Assembly (NCBI GenBank): GCA_964016885.1
Contig: OZ024758.1
Location: 15,004,001 to 15,068,000 of the forward strand
Source of the DNA: Eledone cirrhosa
Lineage: Eukaryota
Length of the DNA: 64,000 nt
Direction of reading: 5' to 3'
Position numbers and translations under genes: made by a program. The notes under the pieces are model-generated. The model ran no database searches. It was not told the DNA's origin and saw nothing but the letters and a program-made list of their open reading frames with translations. Of this stretch, positions 38,978-53,177 are shown in pieces. Within the stretch, counting starts at the first letter, position 1, and every line of letters begins with the position of its first letter.

Positions 38978-39665
38978 TATTCTATGTACTAAGGGTGGTC
39001 GATTCATTTTCCTGACATTTGTACATTATTCTATGTACTATACATGCACCTTTGATGAGTTGTAGTGCACCTGAGCACTTTTCCCTTGCAAGCAGGGAAA
39101 AGTGGACGTAAAATGATGATGATGATGATGATGATTCTAAAATTGGAACAATACAGAGAAGATTACCATGGCTCCTGCGCAAAAATGACACGCAAATTCG
39201 TGAAGCGTTCCATATTTTTCCAACGGTGGTGCCCCAGCATGGCCTCAGCCAGATGGCTGGAACAGGTAAAAGAGTAAAAGAGTATTTGCAGCCTATTGGA
39301 CGCTCCTTCGCATAAGACGCTCTCTCTCTCTCGTTTTTTTTACTATATTTTACATTATATTTTGACATTTATAGGCATTTTTATGGACCACGTCCAATAT
39401 TTGGGGTTTTTTTACCCTTCACGGGAGTTCTAGGAATGTAACCCCTATGGATATTGGGGGACAACGGTACCAGCATTCTCCATTATAATCTACAATTAAT
39501 GATATGTTACATGTCTTTGGTTTTTCATTGCCATTGTCTAATTTTGTTTTATTATCTGCTGCTTTTATATATATATATAATTATTTACATATATATATAT
39601 ATATACATACACACATATATATATACACACACATACATATATATATATACATACACACACACACC

Positions 39666-39709
<44 letters not shown>

Positions 39710-39768
39710 ATGTTGATTTAAAACTGCACTATCCACAAGTGTTTTTTAACCTTCATATCATGTCCTCC

Positions 39769-39839
39769 TATTTTATCTGATGAAAACACAAATGTTATTG
39801 CATGATGATATTTGTTTTTGAAATGCGCATAATAAAATA
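39769..39839 (+). ncRNA. Minimal type I hammerhead ribozyme (family H2)
   Basis: Same layout as the 6423 copy: CTGATGA at 39777, GAAA-TGCGCA-TA at 39820-39831. Confidence 0.85.
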
Positions 39840-39902
39840 CATGGAACTCTTTTAACCATCTTTTGATCTTATATATTATATATATATATCCTATTTATAA
39901 TA

Positions 39903-40328
39903 TAGTTTCTTATATAGGCACAAGGCCAGCAAGTTTTGGGGGGAGGGGAAAGTCGATTAAATCGACCCCAGTGCGTGACTGGTACTTTATTTTATCGACC
40001 CCGTAAGGATGAAAGACAAAGCTAACCTCGGCGGGATTTGAACTCAGACCATAAAGGGCCGTAACTCTATGCTGCAAAGCATGGCGTCCGACCCTCTACC
40101 GATACTGCCTGCCAATCCAGCATCGTATATCCTATTTATAATTGTTTCTACTTTTGGCTCAAGGCCAGCAATTATCCCAGTGCATTACTGGTACTATATT
40201 TTATCGACCCCATAAGGATGAAAGGCAAAGTTAACCTCGGCGGCATTTGAACTCAGAATGGCAAGGGCCGTAACTCTATGCGTCAAAGCATGGTGTCCGC
40301 CCCTCTACCGATACTGCCAATCCACCGC
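39903..40328 (-). mobile_element. SINE A tandem pair
   Basis: TATCCTATTTATAA at about 39886 and 40128 precedes each copy. Confidence 0.9.
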
Positions 40329-40607
40329 AAATTGTGGTTATATGTACAAGATATAATTTTTATGAAGGTATAATTAATATGATTGAGAGAAGATGCAATA
40401 TCATTTTAGGGTCGGCATAAAGTTTGAATATTTTACAATCGTGCAAAACCTGAAACCTATGGACACACTAGGAATACCATTAATGATAATGGAATAGACT
40501 AGAACACAACAAAGAAAGCAGGCTTTGATAAAAATTAATTAGAATATATATATATATATATATATATGTGTGCGTGTGTGTATGTATATATGTTTGCATT
40601 TATATAT

Positions 40608-41043
40608 CATCATCATCATTTTACGTCCCCTTTTCCCTGCTTGCAAGGGTGGGACGGGAACTGATTCTGGCTTGATTTCTACAGCTGGATGCCCTTCCTA
40701 ACACCAACCTCATTTACAGTGAGTGCTGGGTGCTTTTTTTTCCGTGGCGCCTACACGTCCACTTGACAGTGAGTGCTGGGTGCTTTTTTTTCCGTGGCGC
40801 CTACACGTCCACTTGACAGTGAGTGCTGGGTGCTTTTTTTGCCGTGGCACCTACACGACCACTTTGCAGTGGAATGATATGGACCCCAGTCCCTATCATC
40901 TCATTTCTACAGCTGAGTAAACTGGAGCAATGTGAAATAAAGTGTCTTGCTCAAGGAAACAAGACATCACCCAGTCTGAGAATTGAACTCACAACCTTTC
41001 GATTGCAAGGCCAATGCTCTAACCACTAAGCCATGTGCCTCCA
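40608..41043 (-). mobile_element. CORE-like SINE family B with three tandem 50-bp subunits and an RTE-3-type tail
   Basis: tRNA head GGCTTAGTGGTTAG..GAGTTCAATTC; CORE-like CCTTGAGCAAGACACTT..CTCAGCTGTAGAAATGAG; GGTTGGTGTTAGGAAGGGCATCC; tail as at 36046. Confidence 0.9.
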
Positions 41044-41276
41044 TGTATATATGTATATATGTATGTATGTGTATATGTATATATTTATGTATATGTTGAT
41101 GTATATATGTGTGTGTATGTATGTATGTATATATATATTTTGTATGTGTGTGTGTATATATATATATTATGTATGTGTGTATATATATATATATTTTGTA
41201 TGTTTGTATATATATGTGTGTGTGTGTATATATAGATATATTTATGTATGTATGTGTATATATATATATAATTATT

Positions 41277-41312
<36 letters not shown>

Positions 41313-41415
41313 TATATATATACATACACACACACATATATATATATACATACACATATATATATATACACACACATACATATATATATATATACATACA
41401 CACACATATATATAT

Positions 41416-41465
<50 letters not shown>

Positions 41466-41766
41466 TTATAAATTAAAGTAACACTAGTTTTTACTTTGAT
41501 AAAAGACAGTAATTTAAAACAAATTATTATACAATACATATAATCAATATTTTAGTATTAAAAACTATAATGTATATAGATTATATGATTGCTTTTCGTG
41601 GACGTTATATTTTTGCTACTTAAGAAGGTCTCATATGTCAATAATTGATCAATTATATATACATACACGGTGTTTCATGCTCCAGACAATAGCAATTCAT
41701 ATCTCTCTTAAATCTATATCTTTAAATTCATTTATATAATAGTTGATCAAGCTGTAATGATATACT

Positions 41767-41802
<36 letters not shown>

Positions 41803-41805
<3 letters not shown>

Positions 41806-42135
41806 TCATCATCATCATCATCATCATTTTATGTCCACTTTTTCCCTGCTTGCAAGGGTGGGATGGGAACTGATTCTGGCTTGATTTCTACAGCTCGATG
41901 CACTTCCTAACACCAACCTCATTTACAGTGAGTGCTGGGTGCTTTTTTGCCGTGGCACCTCCACGACCACTTTACAGTGGAATGATAGGGGCCCCAGTCC
42001 CTATCATCTCATTTCTACAGCTGAGTAAACTGGAGCAATGTGAAATAAAGTGTCTTGCTCAAGGAAACAACACATCACCCGATCTGAGAATTGAACTTTC
42101 GATTGCAAGGCCAATGCTCTAACCACTAAGCCATG
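41803..42135 (-). mobile_element. SINE B
   Basis: Colinear with the 40608 copy, single subunit. Confidence 0.9.
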
Positions 42136-42144
42136 TATATACAG

Positions 42145-42193
<49 letters not shown>

Positions 42194-42303
42194 TATATAT
42201 ATAAAATAATGAAGTGATTCCGTCGGAAAAGTCCAGGAAAAAAGAGTGCTCTATGTCGGTAACAGAGCTTAATAGTTATGTAATAAACAACATAAGGCAA
42301 TTA

Positions 42304-42363
42304 TTCCATTTACCAGTGGTTTCTTAAAAGCAAAAAATGTTGCTTTCAATCATCAGAATGAAA
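42304..42363 (-). ncRNA. Type I hammerhead ribozyme (family H3), left arm of palindrome
   Basis: Mirror copy of 42440-42499. Confidence 0.88.
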
Positions 42364-42439
42364 AAATCCTGGTCTATTTATTGATATTGGATTCTAAAAA
42401 GGTTTTTAGAATCCAATATCAATAAATAGACCAGGATTG

Positions 42440-42499
42440 TTTCATTCTGATGATTGAAAGCAACATTTTTTGCTTTTAAGAAACCACTGGTAAATGGAA
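42440..42499 (+). ncRNA. Type I hammerhead ribozyme (family H3), right arm of palindrome
   Basis: TTTCATT-CTGATGA-TTGAAAGCAA/TTGCTTTTAA-GAAA-CC ACT GG-TA^-AATGGAA. Confidence 0.88.
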
Positions 42500-42938
42500 T
42501 AATTGCCTTATGTTGTTTATTACATAACTATATATATATATATATGTATGTATGCATGCATGTGTGTGTGTGTGTGTACACTTTATTTATGTGTATACAT
42601 TATATATATATATATATAACCCTTGCTAGCGTGGAAGATGGACGTTAAACGGTGATGATGATTTATATATATATACACACCCTTTATCTATCATCATCAT
42701 CATCATCTTACGACTGATTTTTATATATATATATACTTTATTTATGTATATATATATTTATATTTATATACACTTTATTTATTTATATATATATATATAT
42801 ATACTTTATTTATGTATATATATATTTATATATATATATACACTTTATATACATCATCATCATCATCATCATCATTTTACGTCCGCTTTTCCCTTTATTT
42901 ATGTATGTATTATACACTTTATACACTTTATTTATGTG

Positions 42939-43004
<66 letters not shown>

Positions 43005-43015
43005 AAATATATATG

Positions 43016-43046
<31 letters not shown>

Positions 43047-43051
43047 AAATA

Positions 43052-43220
<169 letters not shown>

Positions 43221-43241
43221 ATGATGATGATGATGATGATG

Positions 43242-43307
<66 letters not shown>

Positions 43308-44309
43308 ATACTTTGGGAGGGTCATGTTGCCATAATTAAAGTATATATATAAATATATATATATATATTTATACATATATTCTTTAATTATGTATGTATT
43401 ACACACTTTATACACACACATACTTCATATATATACTTTATTTATGTATGTATTATACACTTTATACACTCACTTCATATATATACTTTATTTATGTATG
43501 TATTATACACTTTATACACTTTATACACTTTATACACTCACTTCATATATATACTTTATTTATGTATTATTCATCAAAGTAGCTACTTTGAAATCACAGG
43601 ATGATTTTTTTACAGTTTAATCTTTAAGTCTTAGCACTGCTTTTAATGTTAACGACCACCACTGCTACTACTACCACTACCACTACTACCATCACTACCA
43701 CCACCACTACTACTACTACCACCACCTCTACTACCACTACCACCACCGCTACTACTACCACTACCACCCCCACTACTACCACCACCACTACCACTACCAT
43801 CACCACTACTACCACCTCCACTACTACCACCACCACCACCATCACTACTACCACTACCACCACCACCACTACTACCACTACCACCACCATCACTATCACC
43901 ACCGCTACTACTACCACTACCACCCCCACTACTAGAACCACTACTACCACCACCACTACCACTACCATCACCACTACTACCACCTCCACTACTACCACCA
44001 CCATCACTACCACTACCACCACCACTACTACCACCTCCACTACTACCACCTCCACTACTACCACTACCACCACATCACTACCATCACCACTACCACTACC
44101 ACCACCGCCACTACCACCTCCACTACTACCACTACCACCACCATCACTACCATCACCACTACCGCTACCACCACCGCCACTACCACCTCCACTACTACCA
44201 CCACCATCGCTACCAACACCACTACCACCTATACTACCACCACCACTACAATCTCCACTACTACCACCACCACCGCCACTGCCTTCACCAGTACCATCAC
44301 CACTACTAC

Positions 44310-44510
44310 CAGCTGCATCTGATAGGACCAACTGGAGGGCATGGTTGAGGATTCTGCCCCAAACGAACATCCTAGGAACATGTGGAGGGGGGGAGGAGAG
44401 GGGGAGGAGAAGAATGAGAAGAAGAAGAAGAAGAAGAAGAAGAAGAAGAAGAAGGAGAAGGAAGGGGAGGAGGAGAAAGAGAAGAAGAAAGAGAAGAAGG
44501 AGAAGAAGTG
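44310..44510 (+). mobile_element. RTE 3' end fragment with (GAA)n tail
   Basis: ASDRTNWRAWLRILP matches the end of the 14480-14560 fragment (ASDRTCWKECLRTLP). Confidence 0.65.
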
Positions 44511-44865
44511 GAAGATTGATTCAAGATATATCATATTTTTTTCAATGTACAAGGAAATACAAAGTCAGCATGTTTACATGTTTAAATACTCCATATATAA
44601 ATTCATATAAATACATATTTCCAACCTCTGTACTCTATACAATGGCAGTGCCCCAGCATGGCCTCAGCCTGTTGGCTGGAACACAGCAGTATCGGTAAAG
44701 GGTCGGACGCCATGCTTTCTAGCATAGTTACGTCCCTTTACAGTCTGAGTTCAAATCCCGCCGAGGTTAACTTTGCCTTTCATCCTTACGGGGTCGATAA
44801 AATAAAGTACCAGTAATGCACTGGGTAATTGCTGGCCTTAGAGATTTAAATTTATATACATACAT

Positions 44866-45177
44866 GAAGGCACATGTCTTAGTGGTTAGAGCATTGGCCT
44901 TGCAATCGAAAGGTTGTGAGTTCAATTCTCAGACCGGGTGATGGGTTGTTTCCTTGAGCAAGACACTTTATTTCACATTGCTCCAGTTTACTCAGCTGTA
45001 GAAATGAGATGATAGGGACTGGGGTCCCTATCATTCCACTGCAAAGTGGTCGTGTAGGCGCCACGGCAAAAAAGCACCCAGCACTCACTGTAAATGAGGT
45101 TGGTGTTAGGAAAGGCATCCAGCTGTAGAAATTAAACCAGGGAAAAGCAGACATAAAATGATGATGATGATAATGAT
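44866..45177 (+). mobile_element. SINE B
   Basis: Head to (GAT)n tail, with an internal deletion before the tail. Confidence 0.9.
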
Positions 45178-46467
45178 ACTTACAATGTCAGTTACTTCTA
45201 TATTCTATATATACAGATATAAATACGGTATGTTTATAAATAAAACTTATACAGCTTCATATGCAAATGAGATTAATCACCTCATTTACACAGTCCAGCA
45301 GTTGCAAGAGTGGGAGAGATTGCCCTGATGAAAACCAGTTCAGTTCGAAGTGCATCAACGATTGTCCCCCTTGCTTCTACTGGACACTGCCAGGTGGCGA
45401 TAGCCACCGGTGTTTTTGCATAGCTACGGTTGTCTAAATGTTTATTTATAAACAAACCATATTTCTTTAGAGATACGAAATTTCAATATATTTAAATGTT
45501 TTCATTACCATATTTCTAATGAAATAGATCAGTTATGATTTCCAAATAATTTTGAAAATAACCAAGAATTTGGAGTGATTTAATAATATAACTAACTTTT
45601 TCATTATTAAGCTGGTGTTGATAGCATAAATTATCAAAGTTTCTAACATGAAATTATGATGGAAGATTTTAAAATAAGTATAGACATTTTAAAATAAACA
45701 GTTTTGTATCTTCGAACCAAAAGTAGTTTGAGGTAATTTGCTATAAAACAGATTAACCCTTTAGCATTTCAACTGGCCATATCCAACCAGAATTCTCTCA
45801 CCTCTTTCTGTTCAATCCGACCATAACTGGCTGCTCATACTGATGTTAAGGTATTGTTCTCAAAATAAATAATATAAAAATTTCCTAGATTCGATAGTTT
45901 GTATAGAGTATTGGAAATACTAAATGGTTAAACTAGATTCTTTAAAATATAAAGAAATGCAATTAAAAAAACCAACTTATATTCTATTAACCTTTGTCCT
46001 AAATATGTATTCTTTAACACCAATAGATAACAGTAAATGATCAGATTAGTTCTTCAGTAGTTTGTTTCCAAAGATTATATTCCATGATTTGAAGAATTTC
46101 CTAGACTATTTCCTCTGGCACTTGAAACATGCTAACACTGATCCAAGAACAATGGTTTTAAAGGCTGTAAAAAAAATTATGTAGTTTCTGATAATAATCT
46201 TTTAGAAGTTAAGTTAACTTAGTTCATCATTCACTTTAAGATAACAAGGAACTTGATGAGTTTTTTATAAGTTGGTATGCCGTAGGACGAAGAGAAAAAT
46301 AGATTTTTGAACTGGCTGAAAATTATGGGTCATTACAAAGAAGATGGAGAACAGCATTAATGCATCTAAAATCTTGTTTAAGAGTGTGATACTAGACATT
46401 AGATGCTCTGATCATATGTCAGACATCAATATACAAGGTTTTTCAAACAATTAGATATCATTTAAAA

Positions 46468-46727
46468 CAGTCATGGGCAACCTGCGGCCCGCAATGCTTT
46501 CTGAATGGCTTGCCTAAGTCACCTAAGTGAAATCTTTCTGATTTTTTTACCCCAACTTTTCAGTCGTAATTTATCTTTCTATCATTTTTACAATCAAGGA
46601 AAACAACGTGTACGAATTCTGAAGAAACAAATCAAAACAACCTGAGTTACTGCCCTTTTTTTTAATGTGGGCACGAATGTAAATTAGTGCTTGTGGCCCG
46701 CTTCTCAAAAGAGGTTGCCTATGCCTG
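46468..46727. mobile_element. hAT-Charlie-type MITE
   Basis: TIR CAGTCATGGGCAACCT/AGGTTGCCTATGCCTG, subterminal GGCCCG; [19 protein letters not shown]. Confidence 0.8.
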
Positions 46728-46968
46728 ATTTAAGATATAGATAGGAAAACCCGCCAGACAGTCCTATGCGAGCAAGACAACCACTCTTGCCTCAAGTAGA
46801 AAAACCCCCGTCCAAACCCATGCAAGCGTGGAACATGGACGTTAAACGATGATGATGATGATGATATCATAGAAACTACAAAATCTAGGGCAATGACACT
46901 GAGCAAGCTTAATATTGAGCAGCATAAGATTTATTCCTCAAAATTTGTCATCATTATGACACTAAATA

Positions 46969-47158
46969 AGGGCGGTGGATTGACAGTATCGGTAGAGGGT
47001 CGAACGCCATGCTTTACAGCATAGAGTTACGTCCATTTGCGGTCTGAGTTCAAATCCCGCCGAGGTTAACTTTGCCTTTCATCCTTACGGGGCTCGATAA
47101 AATAAAGTACCAGTAATGTACTGAGATAATTGCTGGCCTTGTGCCAAAAGTAGAAACA
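46969..47158 (+). mobile_element. SINE A (further copies at 44686-44840 and 54137-54320)
   Basis: Family A consensus. Confidence 0.9.
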
Positions 47159-47476
47159 ACTGTGACACTAACTCCCAATATATAGTGGTAGTTTCTGGGA
47201 TATTTACATCTCAAATAATACCAAACTTTTGGAACACCCTGTATATGAAAGATCAGAAGCATCATCTTTTTTTCCAGTTCGTGGTCTCCTGCCAGTTCTG
47301 ATTTCTGTTAAGAAAAGGTAGATGTTATTTCTAGCAGGTCAAATGGTTACTTAGAGGGTCGCTCATTGGCTCATTTATAACTAGCTAGAAGTTGTAACTT
47401 CATATGATATAGGAAGTTATTGACATGTCTTTAGATAGTCTATAGTCCAAAAATCTGTCTCAAGCCCAGAGCTCAT

Positions 47477-48830
47477 AAGGCCAGTGCTTTTTCCAGCTTC
47501 TGTGGCGTGAAACGACTGAGAGTACAAGACTCCCGCCCCCAGACAGGACGCCAGTCTATCACAGGGTTAAATCCCCAGATATTGCTGGTACTCATTTTAG
47601 AATGGTCTCAGGTGGGTTAATTTTAGAAGGATCTCAGGTAGATTAATTTTAGCTTGATCTAAGGTGGATTGATTTTAGTAGGGTCTCAGGTGGATTAATT
47701 TTAGTTTTGTCTTAGGTGGGTTGATTTTAGCTAGGTCTCAGGTGGGTTAATTTTAGTTTGGTCTCAGGTGGGTTAATTTTAGTTTGGTCTCAGGTGGGTA
47801 AATTTTAGTTAAGTCTGAGGTGGGTTAATTTTAGCTAGGTCTCAGGTGGATTAATTTTAGTTAAGTCTCAGGTGGGTTAATTTTAGCTAGGTCTCAGGTG
47901 GGTTAATTTTAGTTTGGTCTCAGGTGGGTAAATTTTAGTTAAGTCTGAGGTGGGTTAATTTTAGCTTGGTCTGAGGTGGATTAATTTTAGCTTGGTCTCA
48001 TGTGGGTTAATTTTAGCTAGGTCTCAGGTGGGTTAATTTTAGCTAGGTCTCAGGTGGATTAACTTCAGAAAGATCTCAGGTGGGTTGATTTTAGAAGAGT
48101 CAAACAGTAAAATTGGAAAATTTATTGTAAAAGTATTGACAGATAGGAAAATTTATTTTAAAATAAATATTTTGTATTTCAATAAATTTTCCAATTTTAC
48201 TGTTTGACTCTTCTAAAATCAACCCACCTGAGATCTTTCTGAAGTTAATCCACCTGAGACCTAGCTAAAATTAACCCACCTGAGACCTAGCTAAAATTAA
48301 CCCACATGAGACCAAGCTAAAATTAATCCACCTCAGACCAAGCTAAAATTAACCCACCTCAGACTTAACTAAAATTTACCCACCTGAGACCAAACTAAAA
48401 TTAACCCACCTGAGACCTAGCTAAAATTAACCCACCTGAGACTTAACTAAAATTAATCCACCTGAGACCTAGCTAAAATTAACCCACCTCAGACTTAACT
48501 AAAATTTACCCACCTGAGACCAAACTAAAATTAACCCACCTGAGACCAAACTAAAATTAACCCACCTGAGACCTAGCTAAAATCAACCCACCTAAGACAA
48601 AACTAAAATTAATCCACCTGAGACCCTACTAAAATCAATCCACCTTAGATCAAGCTAAAATTAATCTACCTGAGATCCTTCTAAAATTAACCCACCTGAG
48701 ACCATTCTAAAATGAGTACCAGCAATATCTGGGGATTTAACCCTGTGATAGACTGGCGTCCTGTCTGGGGGCGGGAGTCTTGTACTCTCAGTCGTTTCAC
48801 GCCACAGAAGCTGGAAAAAGCACTGGCCTT
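47477..48830. repeat. Giant palindrome: 651-bp arms, 52-bp spacer; each arm holds a SINE piece and a 26-bp minisatellite
   Basis: 47477-48127 is the reverse complement of 48180-48830; no mismatch seen by eye. Confidence 0.95.
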
Positions 48831-49551
48831 TTAATAATAATAAAAATAGTTATTATAATAATGATGATGATGATGATGATGACGATGATGATAATGATGA
48901 TGATGATGATGATTAAAATAACACAAACAAAGTGTCAAACAGATGTCCATTAGCACCCATTATCCCAGAAATGGTGGTTTGAGAGTACCTCTGTACAGCA
49001 GTATGACAACTAGAAGAGAGGATATTTCTCAACCTTGTTGTGCAGGGAGCTATGCATTGAATTTATAAAAATGGCTGCCAGCTAATCAACATTTCCATTG
49101 GATGGCTACTGTCAAAGATGATGATGTTATATTGGACAAACTATTGTTGCTAGCTGACAATAATTGTTGGCTTGTTTGTCCTTTTTTTTTTTTGCCCCCC
49201 CCCCCCCCCCCCCCCCTTCCTGTGTATGTGTCAGAATTATGAAGTATTTTAACAGTGAAACATTAACAGTTAAATCTGAGGATATCCAGAGGCTTCAGAA
49301 AAATATGTTGAGAAGATTTCTAAAGAAAATCTAAGAAAGAAAGAGAGTAAATACAGGTGAACTAAGAAGATGGATACTTGGTTTTTTCACCAAATTTCAA
49401 GAAAGCTATGCTTGAGGATTATATATATATATATATAATGATATATATATTCATATATGTATGTATATATATATAATTATATATATATAAAGATATATAT
49501 ATTCATATATGTATGTATATATATATAATTATATATATATATATATATATC

Positions 49552-49597
<46 letters not shown>

Positions 49598-49783
49598 TAA
49601 AAGGAAAAGAAAATGCTGACAAATTTTTCCCAGTGAAAAATAGTTTAATTAGGAATAAGTAAAAATTAGTAATAAGTATTCGTTAGTATTCAGTTTTAGT
49701 TTTAAGTTTTTACCGGTTGCGCATTTCTAATGCTTTTCAAAATAAATCTTGAGATAGAGCGTCCGTGATGTTTGCTCTCAAAC

Positions 49784-50030
49784 ATCATCATCGTTTAACG
49801 TCCATCTTCCACGCTTGCATGGGTTTGGACGGGAGTTTTCCCACTTGAGGCAAGAGTGGTTGTCTTGCTCGCATAGGACTGTCTGGCGGGTTTTCTACGG
49901 CTGGATGCCCTTCCTAACACCAACCACGTTTACAGTGTGGACTGGGAGGTTTTTACCGTGTTACCTACACGGCCACATTACAGCGTGGACTGTGTGTTTT
50001 TTTTTTGTCGTGACACCTACACGACCTCAT
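49784..50030 (-). mobile_element. SINE-B-related 3' part with a third tail variant (also 46743-46865 plus)
   Basis: Tail CCAAACCCATGCAAGCGTGGAAGATGGACGTTAAAC(GAT)n; shared GGAAGGGCATCC block. Confidence 0.8.
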
Positions 50031-50499
50031 TTGTTTCGGACTGGATGTTGTGGTACCAACATAACTTCACATTTAAGGGGGTGGTGTGGATGGGGTGGGG
50101 GTAGTGGAACAGGGTGTATTTTTGTTAGAGGTGCCTACTGACTGTAGGTTTTGCTTTGTACTTAGGCAAATATAACATATATATATATAAAATATATATA
50201 TATATATATAAAGTATATTAATAATCAAAGTGAAATTTGTGAATATGAAGCCACTCCCCCAAAATTAAGTTCAACAATGCTACCAACATAGCAACTAAAA
50301 TATAATTTATAAAACAACCATTTCTAATGGTTTGATCTAATCTGCAAACAAAAAAAAAATACTTTTAACATAATAAAATACATTTAAATAACAATAAAAA
50401 TAATAATAAAAGAACTTCTCTGCCATTAGTGATTCCTTGCCAATATATTATTTACTTTTCCGTTCTGTTGAAATTATTATTCTTATAGTTTATGACCGA

Positions 50500-50875
50500 G
50501 AAGATGTGTGGCTTTGTGGTTAGGGTGTTGAAATTACAATCAGAAGGTGATGAGTTTGAGTCCTAGGCCAGGCAGTGCACTGTATTCTAATGTGAAGGCA
50601 TGTGGCCTGCTGGTTAGGGTGTTGAAATTACAATCAAAAGGTGATGAGTTCAATTCCTAGGCCAGGTAGTGTATTGTATTCTAATGTGAAGGCATGTGGC
50701 CTGATGGTTAGGGTGTTGGAATTACAATCATAAGGTGATGAGTTCAATTCCTAGGTTAGATAGTGTATTGTATTCTAATGTGAAGGCATGTGGCCTGATG
50801 GTTAGGGTGTTGGAATTACAATCATAAGGTGATGAGTTTGATTCCTAGGCCAGGCAGTGCACTGTATTCTAATGT
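50500..50875 (+). repeat. 94-bp tandem of a SINE tRNA head (4 units) leading into a full SINE (50876-51205)
   Basis: GAAG(G) at 50500, 50594, 50688, 50782, 50876. Confidence 0.9.
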
Positions 50876-51359
50876 GAAGGCAACTGGCTTTATGGTTAGG
50901 GTATTCAGCTCAAGATTGTAAGGTTATGAGTTTGATTCCTGGTGACACATTGTGTCTTTGAACAAGACCCTTTACTTCACATTGCTCCAGTTCACTCAGC
51001 TGGCAAAAATAAGTTATACCTGTAATTCACAGAGCCAGTGTCATCACATTCTGTGTCATGCTGAATCTCCCTGAGAAATAGGGTAAGGGTAAGGTTACAC
51101 CTGTCTGTGGAATACTCAGCCACTTGCACGTTAATTTCAGAAGCAGGCTGTTCCATTGATCAGATCAACTGGAACACTTGTCATCATAACCGACAGAGTG
51201 CCCTTTAGTTGTGCCTGTTATTTGAAGGATCAGTCTTGTCACATTCTGTGTCACGTTGAATCTCCCTGAGAAGTAATAATGAAAATTATTGTGTACAGTG
51301 CTCAGGTGCATAATAGTAAGAGTGCACAGTTCTGTGGAATGCTCAGCCATTTGCATGCT

Positions 51360-51890
51360 GATTGGATCAACTGGAACACTCATTGTAACTGGTGGAGTCC
51401 TTCTAGTTTGCTTGTAATTCAAAGGATCAGATCAACTGGAACACTCATTGTAACCGACAGAGCACTCTCTAGTTTGCATGTAATTCAAAGGATCAAGTCA
51501 ACTGGAACACTCATTGTTGTAACCGAGAGAGCGCCCTCTAGTTTGCCTGTAATTCAAAGGATCAAGTCAACTGGAACACTCATTGTTGTAACCGACAGAG
51601 CGCCCTCTAGTTTGCCTGTAATTCAAAGGATCAAGTCAACTGGAACACTCATTGTTGTAACCGACAGAGCGCCCTCTAGTTTGCCTGTAATTCAAAGGAT
51701 CAAGTCAACTTGAACACTCATTGTCGTAACTGACTGAGCGCCCTCTAGTTTGCCTGTAATTCAAAAGATCAAGTCAACTGGAACACTCGTTGTCGTAACT
51801 GACTGAGCGCCCTCTAGTTTGCCTGTAATTCAAAAGATCAAGTCAACTGGAACACTCGTTGTCATAACCGATGGAGCGCCCTCTAGTTTA
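51360..51890 (+). repeat. 69-bp tandem derived from the adjacent SINE 3' end
   Basis: TCAACTGGAACACTC..TAACCGACAGAG..CCTGTAATTCAAAGG, compare 51160-51230. Confidence 0.9.
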
Positions 51891-52845
51891 TAACAGTTAT
51901 TAGCCCAGCAGAGATATTCTTTTTAGCTTTCTTATCAATTAAGCAATTCTATAACAATGATCTTGGAACTCAATTTATACATTCATCATTTTATAATTAC
52001 TAACAAAACCATCTCTGTTGTTTTCATGCCTCGAATATTTTTGTCACGCACTTTCCTTAAATATTCTCACATTTCAGTTTAGAAAAAACACACAATTAAT
52101 TGCATAATACATTTTTATTTCATATCACAAGCTTTCAAAATAATTATTTTATAATATAACAAGCTTTCAAAATAATCATTTTATAATATAACAAATTTGT
52201 TCTCTTTGAAAATGTATTTCGTTTCCAATGAATTTAGGAGTGGTCGAGTAGATGAATTTTTAACAAATTATTTTCTACTCTTTAACTCTGTTTATTCTGT
52301 TGCTTGTTTCGTTCATTAGACTACGGCCATGCTGGGGCACTGAATTAAAGGGATTAAGTCAATCATATCGACCTGAGTGCTTTTTTTTTTTTTTCAAGTA
52401 TGATGCGTATTTTATCAATCCCTTTTTGTTAAACCACAAAGTTACAAGACATATGCAAACATAGATATGGATACACACGCGCACACACACACACACACAC
52501 ACATATATATACACTCATATATACCCATAAATATATATACACGCACACACACACACACATATATATATACATACACACACACAGACATATATATATGTGT
52601 GTGTGTGACAGCTCACACCTATGCAGGTTTAGCTGGCCCCCTCCGAGGTATATCTCGTTGGAGGTGTCTTTGGTGATTTAATGATAGGGACCCCAGGTCC
52701 TATCATTTCATTTCTACAGCTGAGTAAACTGGAACAACGTGAAATAAAGTGTCTTGCTCAAGGATATAACACATCGTCCGGTCCAGGAATGGAACTCACG
52801 ACCTCAAGATTGTGAATCCAATTCTCTTACCACTCAGCCACACGC

Positions 52846-52846
52846 C

Positions 52847-52880
<34 letters not shown>

Positions 52881-52935
52881 ATATATATAACATATATATA
52901 TATATTAAATATATATATCATATATATATATTATA

Positions 52936-52974
<39 letters not shown>

Positions 52975-53024
52975 TTATATGTATATATATATATATATTA
53001 TATATATATATTATATATATATAT

Positions 53025-53056
<32 letters not shown>

Positions 53057-53077
53057 ATATATATTATATATATATAT

Positions 53078-53109
<32 letters not shown>

Positions 53110-53132
53110 ATTATATATATATATATTATATA

Positions 53133-53177
<45 letters not shown>

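Noticed and set aside
44866-44940. tRNA genes
   Set aside because: tRNA-like heads run straight into SINE bodies and lack a closing acceptor stem.
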